Positions 8,842 to 20,496 of a DNA stretch of 32,000 bases are shown piece after piece. The position numbers and the translations under genes were made by a program. Origin of the DNA: Mucisphaera calidilacus (GTDB lineage Bacteria > Planctomycetota > Phycisphaerae > Phycisphaerales > Phycisphaeraceae); NCBI RefSeq assembly GCF_007748075.1, contig NZ_CP036280.1, forward strand, positions 1,560,001 to 1,592,000, written 5' to 3'. Position 1 is the stretch's first letter; every line of letters starts with the position of its first letter. A model generated the notes under the pieces. The model saw nothing but the letters and a program-made list of their open reading frames with translations, did not search any database and was not told the origin of the DNA.

Positions 8842-11595
8842 TCATCCCTCCAGGTGCAGGGTGAGAATCTTCTTACGTTCAAGGGTAACACGGGCCTGGC
8901 CGTCGGCCAGTGAAACGGGCTTGTCGGCGGGGTTGCCTTCGAAGTCTACGGGTGTGGCCTGTTTCCATGCGGGGTCGAGTTTGATGGTTGTGTCGACTGG
9001 GGTTTCTTCGGGGTTGAAGAGACGGAGTTCGAGTTTGTCGTCGAGTCGACGAGCGGCGGTGAGGACGGCGGGGCCGTCGATCTGGACGAGTCCTGAGGTG
9101 GCGGGGAGTTTGGGTTCGGGCATGCCGTCGAGGAGGTGGGGTCGGTCGTCGTGCATGACGGTGCAGACGCGCTGGCCTGTGTTGAGGTCCTCGGCGATGT
9201 CGAAGAGGCGTTTGCGGTTGACGGTCGCGGGCAGTGGCGCGATGGCGTAGGTGAGGGTGACGGGACCTGGGATCTGTCCCTCGGGTTCGCCGTCGGTGAG
9301 GACGGTGCGTCGCGTGCTGCGGAGGAGTGTGAGGGCGATGGGTCGTTCGGGGACGTCGCGTACGGCGGTTTCGAGGAGTCCGACGGTGACGACGGCGAGT
9401 CCGCCTCGTGCGTCGTTGACGGCGGTCCATGACTGCTGGGGGCGGGTTTCGATTTCGAGTTCGCGGTAGAGGTGGTTGTCCTCGCGGAGGGCGATGTCGC
9501 GTTCGACGACGTCGAAGGCGGTGTCGGCGAGGTAGGTGGTCGCGGAGGTGCATCCGGTGGGGAGCAGCACGCGGAGTCGGTGGTCTTTGACGGTGTTGTT
9601 GACGGTGGTGGTGATCTTGAGGTGGTCGGAATCCTTGAACATCACGACGAGGGAGTCGATTTCGAGGGTTTCGAACTGTTCGACGCGTCGCATGCGTTTG
9701 AAGTCGAACTCGGCGGGGAGCCGCATGGAGGTTCGGACGCGCAGGGCGGCGTAGCTGGGGCTGCTGGCGACGACGGCGACGTCGGCGGCGCCGGCGGCGG
9801 AGGAGTAGGTCTGGTCGCTGAGGGGTTGTCCGTGGTACCAGCCGTCGCCGATGTCGGCGGCGTCCTCGAAGGCGAGGAGTTGTTCGTAGGTGCGTCCGGT
9901 GCGTTTGTCGGTGAGGGTGAGGAGGCCGCCTGTTTCTACGGTGACGGCGAGGTGCTGGTTTTCCATGGAGCGGTCGCTGGTGACGAGTCCGGGGACCATG
10001 GGGAAGCGTGTGTGTCGGTGTTCTTCGCCACGCTTGGCGGTGAGGGTGGTGTAGCCGGAGGCGGGGATGTCGAGATCGGCGACGACGGTGATGACGTTGA
10101 CCTGTCGTTCGGCGGGGAAGGAGGTTGGTGTGAGGCGTGTGCGTCGGCGGTCCATGTCCTGGGCGAGTCGTTCGTAGGCGACCTCGTTGCCGTTGGGGTC
10201 GTAGAGGCGCATGGCGGGTTTCTGTTCGAAGAAGAACCACTCGTTGAAGCGTGGCCATGCGACGGGGACTTCGATGTCGAACTTGACGGGTCCGTTGAGG
10301 GGTCTGCTGGTGGGGTTGAAGATTCCGATGCGGACCTGGTCTTCGGCGATGTCGCCTTCGACGCTGGCGGTGATGCGCTGGATGGCGCGGCTGGTGAGTT
10401 CGTTGCCGATCTGTTCGCACTGGCTGAACCGGAACTTCATGTCCTCGTGGACGCGGTCGACGCTGCATCCGCCGATGGAGTCGTGGGGGTGATTTTTGAG
10501 GAGCCATTTCCAGGCGACGTCGAGGAAGCCCTTGTCGCCTGTGGTTCCGAGGAGTTGTGTGGAGAGTGCGGAGAGGGGTTCTGCCCAGCGTGTGAGGAGT
10601 GTCTGGCAATGAGCGTTGGCGAGTTTGATCCAGACGCGGCTGGAAGCGACGCCGGGGATGACCCACTGCTCGCAGGTGGCCATGGGTTCCTTGCCGGGTT
10701 CGCGGAGTTCGCCGTGGACGCGTTGTGTGATGCGGTCGGCCTGCTCGGCCATGGCCTGTATGTAGGCGTCGAGGGAGGTGTGGAGGATCTCGTAGCCCTC
10801 GATGGGCTGGTCCATGCGTTTGGTGAGTGCGGCGTAGGCGGCGCGGTCCCATTCCATGTGGTCGCCGCCGTCGAAGAGCAGGAGTGCGTCGACGGGGGAC
10901 TTGGCGGCCTCGTCGTCGAGGAAGTCTTTGAGTCGCTGGTCGAGTTGTTCGGGGGTGGCGCATTCGTCGAAGTCGGAGGCGCCGCGGACGGCGGAGGCGT
11001 AGGAGCAGTAGCCGCGTTGTCCGAAGCGGTAGCAGGGAAGCTCGGTGCCGTCGGCGCCTTCCCAGATGAGGTGTCGTGTGTCGGTGTTGTTGGTGCCGCG
11101 CCAGACGTAGCCGCCCTTGACGCCGAAGCCGGCGAGCATCTGCGGCAGCTGGGAGACGTGTCCGAAGAGGTCGCAGACGAATCCGGCGGCGGAGGGCGTG
11201 GTGCCGTAGTCGCGGGCGATCTGTCGGCCGAGCGCGATGTTGCGGATCATGGACTCGCCTGAGACGAGGAATTCGTCGGGCAGGACGTACCAGGGTCCGA
11301 TGACGAGTTTGCCTTCACGGGCGAGGGTTTGGATTTCGTTGCGGCGTTCGGGCCGTATCTCGAGGTAGTCGTCGAGGATGATGGCCTGTCCGTCGGTCTG
11401 GAAGGGTCCGCGGAGTGTGCCGTTGGCGAAGCCGTCGAGGATGCGGTCGAGGAGCTGGACGAGTCGGTATCGGTAGAGCTGGAAGGGCTGGTACCACTCG
11501 CGGTCCCAGTGCGTGCTGAGGACGTAGTGGGCCTGCCGGGTGGCGGCGGTCTGTGTCTTGGTCATTTCGCTGGGCGGCGTCTGTGTGGTGCTCAT
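8842..11595 (-). CDS. GH38 alpha-mannosidase (mannosylglycerate-hydrolase-like), cytoplasmic
   Basis: 917 aa. N-terminal HYVLSTHWDREWYQPF motif characteristic of bacterial GH38. No signal peptide. The ATG overlaps the stop of the upstream gene (TAATG at 11593-11597). Confidence 0.9.
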   Translation of the reverse strand: MSTTQTPPSEMTKTQTAATRQAHYVLSTHWDREWYQPFQLYRYRLVQLLDRILDGFANGTLRGPFQTDGQAIILDDYLEIRPERRNEIQTLAREGKLVIGPWYVLPDEFLVSGESMIRNIALGRQIARDYGTTPSAAGFVCDLFGHVSQLPQMLAGFGVKGGYVWRGTNNTDTRHLIWEGADGTELPCYRFGQRGYCSYASAVRGASDFDECATPEQLDQRLKDFLDDEAAKSPVDALLLFDGGDHMEWDRAAYAALTKRMDQPIEGYEILHTSLDAYIQAMAEQADRITQRVHGELREPGKEPMATCEQWVIPGVASSRVWIKLANAHCQTLLTRWAEPLSALSTQLLGTTGDKGFLDVAWKWLLKNHPHDSIGGCSVDRVHEDMKFRFSQCEQIGNELTSRAIQRITASVEGDIAEDQVRIGIFNPTSRPLNGPVKFDIEVPVAWPRFNEWFFFEQKPAMRLYDPNGNEVAYERLAQDMDRRRTRLTPTSFPAERQVNVITVVADLDIPASGYTTLTAKRGEEHRHTRFPMVPGLVTSDRSMENQHLAVTVETGGLLTLTDKRTGRTYEQLLAFEDAADIGDGWYHGQPLSDQTYSSAAGAADVAVVASSPSYAALRVRTSMRLPAEFDFKRMRRVEQFETLEIDSLVVMFKDSDHLKITTTVNNTVKDHRLRVLLPTGCTSATTYLADTAFDVVERDIALREDNHLYRELEIETRPQQSWTAVNDARGGLAVVTVGLLETAVRDVPERPIALTLLRSTRRTVLTDGEPEGQIPGPVTLTYAIAPLPATVNRKRLFDIAEDLNTGQRVCTVMHDDRPHLLDGMPEPKLPATSGLVQIDGPAVLTAARRLDDKLELRLFNPEETPVDTTIKLDPAWKQATPVDFEGNPADKPVSLADGQARVTLERKKILTLHLEG

Positions 11596-13451
11596 TATCG
11601 GAGGATCTTCACGTCCTGGGGTTCGATGTAGGCGAGGTCGACGGGGAGTGAGATACGTTCCTCGCTGCCGTCGTCGGGGTCAAACACGAGAACGGGTGCG
11701 ACGGCGTTGTTGAGGTGCAGGAGTGAGCTTGTGGCGCCCATGGTCATGCGTGGGACGAGGGGTGGTTCGCTGTCGACGCTGATCATGACGGGGATGGTGA
11801 CGGTGTCGCCAAGGTCCTGGAGGTGTACGTGCTGGTCGGCGATCTCGTATCTCCAGCCTCGGGGGACGCCTTGGAGGCTGAGTTTGCCGGAGAGGTTTTT
11901 GCCGGTGGTGTTGGTGATGCGTGCGCGGAGCGCGACCCAGTCGCCGAGCTTGATCTCGCGTGCGTCGGTGGCGAGGCTGACGGCGGCGCCTTCCTGGTCG
12001 TTGAGGTCGAAGATGGGGACGTGTCGTCTGCCGGGCTCGAGGATGGTTGCGGCGACGGCGACGCCTGTGTTGATGCTGAGGGAGAACTCGAAGGTCCCGG
12101 CTCCTGCGGGGATGCGTTTGACGTCTTCGACGTCCTGGAAGTTGTGCTCGACGACGTCGACGCGGAGGACGCGGTCGTGATCGGCGGGCGGGAACTGGAG
12201 GGTGACGGGGACGTTGAGTCGTTCGCCGGTGCGGTTGTAGGCGACCATGGCGAGTCGCTGGCTGCCGTCGTGGTTGGTGTCTTTGGATCCGATGACATCG
12301 AGGACCTGAGCGGGTCCGCGTTGCATGACGTTGACGGCGTCGCCGTCGAGGTTGCGCATGATCCAGAAGGACCAGTAGGTGCCGAGCATGGGTGCGCCGT
12401 GGTTGGTCATGATGCCGAAGACGTGGTTGCCGTGTTCGTTGTAGGCGAGTGTGGTGAAGTGGTGGACGCTGAGGAGCCGGTCGCGGATGTCGTGGTAGCC
12501 CATGTGGCGTTGCATCATGTACTGGAACTTGCCCCAGCCCATGTGCCACGAGTCGATTTCGGTGAGTGCCATCTGTCCGGTTGCTTTGCCGGGGACGGTT
12601 CGGAAGAGGTCGGTCATCTCGATGATCTTGTTGACCTCGTAGTCGACGCCCTTGTCGGTGCCGTGGTAGATGTGGTGGATGACGAAGTCGGCGTTGTGTC
12701 CGCAGTTCTCGACGAAGCCCTTGAACCACTCGTCGGTGCGTGCCCAGTAGGCGGGTGTGAGAGCGGGTCCGCCGACCATGAGTGCGGGGTCGTCGCGGTG
12801 GAGTCGTTCGGCGGCGGTGTTGTAGAGCTCGTAGAAGGCTTCCTGGTTGCCCATGCCGAACATGGGCATGTTGGGCTCGTTCCAGATTTCGGCGTATCTT
12901 GCGCGGAGGTCGTCGCCGTCGGCGTTCCATGAGTGGAGTGCTGCGGCGGCGAATTCGGCCCACTCGTTTTTGTCGCTGATTTTGTCGTTTTCGTCGTCGG
13001 ATTCGAGCCACTCGGTGTTGTAGCAGAGGAGGGGCATCAGTTCGACGTTGAGTGAGGCGATCCACTTTTCGTAGGCCTTGCGGTCGTCGATGAAGCGGAT
13101 CATTTTGTCGGGGTGGAGTCGGTCCCAGTCGAAGACGTTGGGGTCGTCGTTGTCGTTTTCGGGTTCGAGGAAACCGATCCATGTTTCCATGCGTGCGTGC
13201 CAGCCGGTGGGGTTGAGTCGGTAGAGGGCGGTGAGGACGCCGGGGTTCTGCTGCCCGAGCATGAAGACCTTGGGCATGCCTTCGACGCCCCAGATGGCGC
13301 GGTTGATGTGTCCTGTGGTGTTGTTGAAGTCGACGACGACACGTGAGGGCTGGTGGCTGGCCTGTTGTTCGGCGGCGGCGCAGCCGCAGAAGAGGCTAAC
13401 GATGAGCAGGGTAAGCGCAGAGAGCGAGCGGGCCGAGTCAGGGGTTGCCAT
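11595..13451 (-). CDS. Secreted GH39-like / clan GH-A glycoside hydrolase
   Basis: Preferred start is ATG at 13451 (MATPDSARSLSALTLLIVSLFCGCAAAE signal or lipoprotein-like peptide) rather than the TTG at 13502. Motifs YAEIWNEPNMPMFG and ALTEIDSW fit the acid/base and nucleophile Glu of clan GH-A. C-terminal beta-sandwich-like region. Confidence 0.6.
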   Translation of the reverse strand: MATPDSARSLSALTLLIVSLFCGCAAAEQQASHQPSRVVVDFNNTTGHINRAIWGVEGMPKVFMLGQQNPGVLTALYRLNPTGWHARMETWIGFLEPENDNDDPNVFDWDRLHPDKMIRFIDDRKAYEKWIASLNVELMPLLCYNTEWLESDDENDKISDKNEWAEFAAAALHSWNADGDDLRARYAEIWNEPNMPMFGMGNQEAFYELYNTAAERLHRDDPALMVGGPALTPAYWARTDEWFKGFVENCGHNADFVIHHIYHGTDKGVDYEVNKIIEMTDLFRTVPGKATGQMALTEIDSWHMGWGKFQYMMQRHMGYHDIRDRLLSVHHFTTLAYNEHGNHVFGIMTNHGAPMLGTYWSFWIMRNLDGDAVNVMQRGPAQVLDVIGSKDTNHDGSQRLAMVAYNRTGERLNVPVTLQFPPADHDRVLRVDVVEHNFQDVEDVKRIPAGAGTFEFSLSINTGVAVAATILEPGRRHVPIFDLNDQEGAAVSLATDAREIKLGDWVALRARITNTTGKNLSGKLSLQGVPRGWRYEIADQHVHLQDLGDTVTIPVMISVDSEPPLVPRMTMGATSSLLHLNNAVAPVLVFDPDDGSEERISLPVDLAYIEPQDVKILR

Positions 13452-13525
13452 GGGCGGATTCCAGGAGAGGGGACGAAGCGTTATGGGATCACGATCCGAC
13501 AAGCGTATCTACAGAGATGTACTCA

Positions 13526-14440
13526 TCAGGGTTTGGCGGGATAAATATCGGGGAAGCTGGAAGACTCGGGAATCCACCAGTTGGGGTCGCTGTAGTGGGA
13601 GAGCCAGACGTCGTACATGAAGACGTCGGCCTCGTTGGATTCGTTATAGGTGTTGCCGCCGACGTGGCCTTCTCTGTAGAGCTCGCTGCTGGATCTCGAC
13701 TCGCCGTGTCCATCGAAGAAGGCGACGCTGACGCTGTCCTTGTGTCGATAGGCGACGACGCCACCACCGCCCATCACGCCGCCGCTCCCGGTGGAGTAAG
13801 CGTCTTCACCGTACTGCTCGTAGGGTTCGGGATTGGCCTTGGTGCCGACGCCAAGCGCCTGATAGCCTTCAAGGTGCCAATCAAGACCGTCCATCATCAT
13901 CATTCCCTTTGAGGGTGATGACATGACACGTTGCGTGTGCACCGATGCCTTGGGCCGCTGCGTGTCGCTGGGACCGCCATATCCGAGTGAGAGACCGTAG
14001 GTTGCGGCCCCGTCCATCACCATGCCGTAGGAGAACTGGATATCCTGCTGCTCGACGGCGGTTTCGGCGGACGGGCAGAGGAGAGAAGGGTCGTTGAAGC
14101 TATCAAAGTTGCCGGCGGCGTCCTGCTTGCCAACAAGAGACAGGTATTCGCCGTTGAGGAACCACTCGTCGTTTTGTGCGTAGAGGGGTTGGGGCGGTGT
14201 GCGATCCTTGTAGCCAAGGTTTTGTATTGGGACGTGGTATTCGTTGTTTTCGACGGCGTAGACCTGGTTGGCCATGCCGTACTGTCGGACGAGGCTCATG
14301 CATGAGAGTGATCGAGCGGTTTCTCGTGCTGCGCCGAGTGCTGGGAGGAGGATGCCGATGAGTAGAGCGATGATGGAGATGACAACGAGGAGTTCGATGA
14401 GGGTGAATCCGAGGGGTCGGAGTGCGTTTGGTGCGCGCAT
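13526..14440 (-). CDS. Prepilin-type N-terminal cleavage/methylation domain protein of the DUF1559 / H-X9-DG family
   Basis: Preferred ATG at 14440. N-terminus [28 protein letters not shown] (class III signal, G|FTLIE). C-terminal [15 protein letters not shown] gives exactly H-X9-DG. Confidence 0.9.
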   Translation of the reverse strand: MRAPNALRPLGFTLIELLVVISIIALLIGILLPALGAARETARSLSCMSLVRQYGMANQVYAVENNEYHVPIQNLGYKDRTPPQPLYAQNDEWFLNGEYLSLVGKQDAAGNFDSFNDPSLLCPSAETAVEQQDIQFSYGMVMDGAATYGLSLGYGGPSDTQRPKASVHTQRVMSSPSKGMMMMDGLDWHLEGYQALGVGTKANPEPYEQYGEDAYSTGSGGVMGGGGVVAYRHKDSVSVAFFDGHGESRSSSELYREGHVGGNTYNESNEADVFMYDVWLSHYSDPNWWIPESSSFPDIYPAKP

Positions 14441-14492
14441 GGGACAGCTCACGTGTACGAGGGGAGGGGGAGCAACCGTGTTCCGAACAAGT

Positions 14493-14520
14493 CCCGGATC
14501 GGCCGTTGAGCCGAACCGGG
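14493..14520 (-). terminator. Candidate hairpin/terminator downstream of 14536-15264
   Basis: cccggatcggc / gccgaaccggg arms (10 of 11 bp) with a 6-nt loop. The trailing sequence on the minus transcript is ACTTGTTCGG, a weak U-tract. Confidence 0.3.
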
Positions 14521-14535
14521 TGATGGGGTCATGGG

Positions 14536-15264
14536 TTACGCGCGACGGGCGAAGGCGAGGCCTGCGAGGCCGAGGAGGGCGACGCTGGCGGGTTCGGGGA
14601 CGGGGAGGACGTCGACTTCCCAGATGAGGGGTGCGACGAAGGCTTCGGAGAGGCCGTCATCGATGCCGGTGAAGGGGTTGACGCCCGCGAAGGGGTCGCG
14701 GTATTGGCCGCCGGTGTTGTCGACGGTGTAGAACTCGAGACGGAGATCGTTGACGCCGGCGGCGAGGGTTGCGGAGGCGTCGTCGAAGATCTCGACGAAG
14801 GTGGAGCGCCAGCCCTGGTCGTTGAGGGTGCCGGGGAGGTCGGACTCAACGTAGGCGAGGAGGCTGTTGTCGGCGTAGATGGCGACGGTCATGAAGACGC
14901 GTCCGTCGGCGCCGTCGTTACCGCTGAGGATGTTGATGCCGCCGATGTCCTGTCCGCCGAGGTCGTAGGAGACGATCTTGGTGGGGAGGCCTGCACCGGG
15001 GAAGTCGTTGAGCAGGCCGTTGAGGCCGGCGCCGGTGGTTCCGTCGGTGAGCTGGATGAGGCGGGCGGGTTCGCCTGGGGTGGCGGGGTGCCAGCCGTTG
15101 TCGGCGCCCTCGACGCCGACCTGACCTGCGATGAGGTCGGTGTTGCTGAGCTGTGCCTCGAAGCCGAACGAGTCGGTGCTGTGTGCGGTGGTGCTGGTGA
15201 CGGCACCGAACGCGGAGCCCGAAGCGAGAGCGACGAGAGCGAGTGACAGGGCGAGATTCTTCAT
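14536..15264 (-). CDS. PEP-CTERM-anchored secreted protein with an uncharacterised conserved domain (paralog of the N-domain of 20497-21675)
   Basis: ATG 15264 preceded by AGGAG. Signal peptide [29 protein letters not shown] tail [21 protein letters not shown]. Shares blocks [48 protein letters not shown] and [10 protein letters not shown] with the other gene. Confidence 0.75.
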   Translation of the reverse strand: MKNLALSLALVALASGSAFGAVTSTTAHSTDSFGFEAQLSNTDLIAGQVGVEGADNGWHPATPGEPARLIQLTDGTTGAGLNGLLNDFPGAGLPTKIVSYDLGGQDIGGINILSGNDGADGRVFMTVAIYADNSLLAYVESDLPGTLNDQGWRSTFVEIFDDASATLAAGVNDLRLEFYTVDNTGGQYRDPFAGVNPFTGIDDGLSEAFVAPLIWEVDVLPVPEPASVALLGLAGLAFARRA

Positions 15265-15292
15265 AACGTTTCTCCTCTTTCCTAGAAGTGAT

Positions 15293-15312
15293 CCCGCGAC
15301 ACACGTCGCGGG
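15293..15312 (-). other. Perfect 8-bp GC-rich hairpin with tetraloop in the 5' leader of 14536-15264
   Basis: cccgcgac-acac-gtcgcggg, 28 nt upstream of ATG 15264. No U-tract follows, so it could be a leader structure or the regulator gene's terminator. Confidence 0.3.
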
Positions 15313-15360
15313 TGGTGAATCGGTGCGGCGTGAACGTACGCCACGTGAGACAAATCAGAT

Positions 15361-15377
15361 ACCCCGTACGCAGGGGT
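15361..15377 (-). terminator. Small hairpin just downstream of the regulator stop codon
   Basis: ACCCC-gtacgca-GGGGT (5-bp stem) 12 nt after the TGA at 15389. Followed on the minus transcript by ATCTGATTTG. Confidence 0.25.
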
Positions 15378-15388
15378 GTTTACCATCA

Positions 15389-16492
15389 TCAGGATACCCC
15401 CCCTGCGGCTGGAATCGAAGCAATACTGTCACGAACGACCATTTCGGGGACCTGCCAGACGCATCCGTGGGGTGCGTGGGGCTCCTTCAGGCGTGAGTGG
15501 GCGAGGTCGACGAGGGCTCGAGCGTGGCTGAGGCTGGTGCATCCGACCATGGTGAGGGGGACGTGTTCGAAGTCGCCGCCGAGGTCGGGGCTGTCGAGGA
15601 CGATGACGCTGAGGTCTTGGGGGACGTTGATGCCGAATTCGCTGAAGGCCTCGAAGGCACCGACGGCACTGGCGTAACTGCTGATGATCAAGGCGGTAAA
15701 GGGCAGTTTGCCGTTGTTTTCGCGGAGGACGGCTTTCATGGCTTCGCGCATGCCGCCTGTGGCGGAGCCGCCCTGCTCGGTCTGTGCAGTGATGACAGTG
15801 CCGTCGAGTGTGGGGCCGTTCTCGGATCCGAGTCCGTCGATCATGTCGTAATAGAGGGCGAGTTGCGCCCAGGCGCTGGCGGGTTCGCCGCTGGAGAGTG
15901 CGATGCGTATGTGGCCGAGGGACTGGAGGTGTCTGACGGTCTGTGTGAGTCCGGCGCGCCAGTCGATGCCGACGGCGTCGACGTCGACGCCATCGATGGC
16001 GTGGTCGACGACGACCACGCGGCTGACGCGGTGGAGTGCGCCGAGGACGGCGAGGGGTACGGTGGGGAGCATGGGCTGGAGGATGATGGCGTCGGGTTGT
16101 GCGCCGCCCTGGAGCATGTCGACGACCATGTCCATGCTGGAGTAGGTGATGACGAGTGAGGCGTCGCCTTCGTCGCGGAGGATGGCCTGGAGTTCTGCGG
16201 TGATCTGGTCGCCACGGCGGCTGGGGTAGTCGCTGCGGAGGATCATCATGGTGGCGGTGCCGACGCTGGACTCGGGCGTGGCGACGAAGGTGCCGCGTCC
16301 GATCTGTCGTACGAGGAGCCCTTCGCGTTCGAGTGATTCCATGGCGAGTTGGACGGTTGCCTGCCCGACGCGGTAGCGTTTCATGAGTTCGCGGGTCGAG
16401 GGGAGCTGGCTGCCATCGGGCATGCGTCGCGCGAAGGCGCGGAGCTCGCTGGCCATCTCGAGGACCGCTTTGTTGGTGGGGTTGGTGGACAT
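15389..16492 (-). CDS. Transcriptional regulator: GntR-type winged-HTH fused to a periplasmic-binding-protein (LacI/PBP1-type) sugar-sensing domain
   Basis: N-terminal LPSTRELMKRYRVGQATVQLAMESLEREGLLVRQIGRGTFV (GntR HTH). The remaining roughly 290 aa have alternating beta-alpha PBP1-like character. Divergent from the 16710 operon. Confidence 0.8.
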   Translation of the reverse strand: MSTNPTNKAVLEMASELRAFARRMPDGSQLPSTRELMKRYRVGQATVQLAMESLEREGLLVRQIGRGTFVATPESSVGTATMMILRSDYPSRRGDQITAELQAILRDEGDASLVITYSSMDMVVDMLQGGAQPDAIILQPMLPTVPLAVLGALHRVSRVVVVDHAIDGVDVDAVGIDWRAGLTQTVRHLQSLGHIRIALSSGEPASAWAQLALYYDMIDGLGSENGPTLDGTVITAQTEQGGSATGGMREAMKAVLRENNGKLPFTALIISSYASAVGAFEAFSEFGINVPQDLSVIVLDSPDLGGDFEHVPLTMVGCTSLSHARALVDLAHSRLKEPHAPHGCVWQVPEMVVRDSIASIPAAGGVS

Positions 16493-16709
16493 GACGCTTG
16501 TGTGACGATCAGGACGCGGCTCGATCTCAGATACAATACTTTCAAGATACCTGAATGCGCAACCGTGTCAAGCGAAAAAGAGGCTTCAATAACTCAAAAC
16601 AACGGCTTGGATTCGGTCTTATTGTGACTTATAGTGCAGGGAGTACCGGCAAGATCGTTCAGTTGCGCACCTCGGCCACCGTATTCTGAGTTTGCAGGAA
16701 GTATGACTT
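16493..16709. promoter_or_regulatory. Divergent AT-rich control region between the regulator gene and the GxGYxYP/isomerase/amidohydrolase operon
   Basis: 217-nt non-coding gap with much lower GC than its flanks. Contains TGAATGCGCAAC (16552-16563), its partial inverse GTTGCGCA (16662-16669), and an AGATAC direct repeat (16529-16534 and 16545-16550). Confidence 0.5.
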
Positions 16710-19149
<2,440 letters not shown>

Positions 19150-19150
<1 letters not shown>

Positions 19151-20418
19151 TGGCGACTGATCTTGATCTGCACGTTGACGGATTGTGTGTTGTTGACACG
19201 CATGAGCATCTGAATCCGCCGGGGTTGTATCCGGATCAGGAGCATGATCCGCTGCGGTTGTTGTTTGACAACTATTTCGCGCACGATCTGGTGTCGGCGG
19301 GTGCTACGCCGGGGCAGGTTCATGACGAGCTGTTCAATCCGGGATTCGGCGGTGTTGCGGAGCGTTTCGCGGTGGTTGCGCCGTTCTGGGAGCGTGCGCA
19401 GCACACGGGGTATGGGCGTGCGGTGAAGATCATGGCGCGGGATCTGTTCGGCATCGAGCGTGTCGGCGTCGAGACGATGGGGGCATTGGAGGCGGCGGCG
19501 CGGGCGTTGACGTCGGATCCTGACTGGCGGCTGAGGCTGCTGCGCGACCGTGCGAACCTGGACCATGTGCAGTGCGATCGTTTTGACAACGCGGACGAGC
19601 CGGCGGAGCCGGACAAGGGGTTTTTTCGTTCGGATATCTCGTGGGTGTGGAACAGCCGGGGCGAGGTGGACTTTGGTCGGCTGATGGCGCGGACGGGTGT
19701 TGAGGTGACGGGTGCGGCGTCGGCGCGGGAGGCGATCGCGGAGCAGTTTCGTCGTGAGGCGCCGGGCGCGGTGGCGTTGAAGTCGCAGCACGCTTATGCG
19801 CGGACGCTTCTGTGGGCGAACCGGACGGACGCTGAGGTTGAGGCGCTGATCGAGCGTCGGCTGCGGGGCGAGGATCTGGTGGGTGATGATCGTCTGGTGC
19901 TGGGTGACTGGATGTTTGCGCGTGGGATCGAGGGTGCTACGGATCACGGGTTGCCGGTGAAGATTCACACGGGTTACCTGGCGGGGAATGGCGGGTTGTG
20001 GCCGACGCAGATTTCGCCGAGCAACCTTGGGCCTTTGCTGGTGGGATTTCCGGAGGCGCGATTCGTGCTGATGCACGTTGGGTATCCGGAGCCGGGGCAG
20101 GTGGTGCAGTTGGCGAAGCATTACCGCAACACGTGGATCGACATGTGCTGGGCGTGGAGTATCGATCCGGTGACGTCGCGTGGCTTTGTGGCGTCGGCAC
20201 TGGCGGCGGTCCCGGCGAACAAGATCCTGGCGTTTGGGGGGGATTCGCTGTGGGCGACGGCGTCGTACGCCTACTCGGTGCAGGCGCGTCGGGAGTTGGC
20301 TGGCGTGCTGGGGACTCTGGTTGCGGACGGGACGTTTGATGAGGGCGAGGCGATCGGGATAGCGACGCGGTTGCTGCGTGAGAATGCGTTGGACCTGTTT
20401 CCGACGCCTGGGTTGTGA
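19150..20418 (+). CDS. Amidohydrolase-superfamily (Amidohydro_2-like) metal-dependent TIM-barrel hydrolase
   Basis: The ATG overlaps the upstream stop (TGATG 19148-19152). HxH motif VVDTHEHL, later KIHTGY, LMHVGYP and AFGGDS consistent with amidohydrolase metal ligands. Substrate unknown. Confidence 0.65.
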
Positions 20419-20428
20419 GTTGAAGGGG

Positions 20429-20468
20429 AAAAGCAAAAGCGGGCCCACCTCGATTGAGATGGACCCGC
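20429..20468 (-). terminator. Candidate intrinsic terminator for the 20497-21675 gene
   Basis: The minus-strand transcript reads GCGGGTCCA-(12-nt loop)-TGGGCCCGC followed by TTTTGCTTTT. The stem is 5+3 bp with one mismatch and lies 29 nt after the stop. There is no U-tail in the + direction. Confidence 0.45.
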
Positions 20469-20496
20469 TCATTGGAGAAGGGACTGGGGTTGGTGG

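Noticed and set aside
13452-13502. N-terminal extensions from non-ATG starts in the ORF track: TTG 13502, GTG 14452, GTG 21711, TTG 18563, TTG 29368, ATG 24171 and ATG 26293.
   Set aside because: In each case a downstream in-frame ATG gives a better model, either through a Shine-Dalgarno-like AGGAG/GGAG upstream or by starting the protein at its signal peptide or conserved domain. Some extensions would overlap the upstream gene or run into AT-rich intergenic DNA. The start choices remain unverified.
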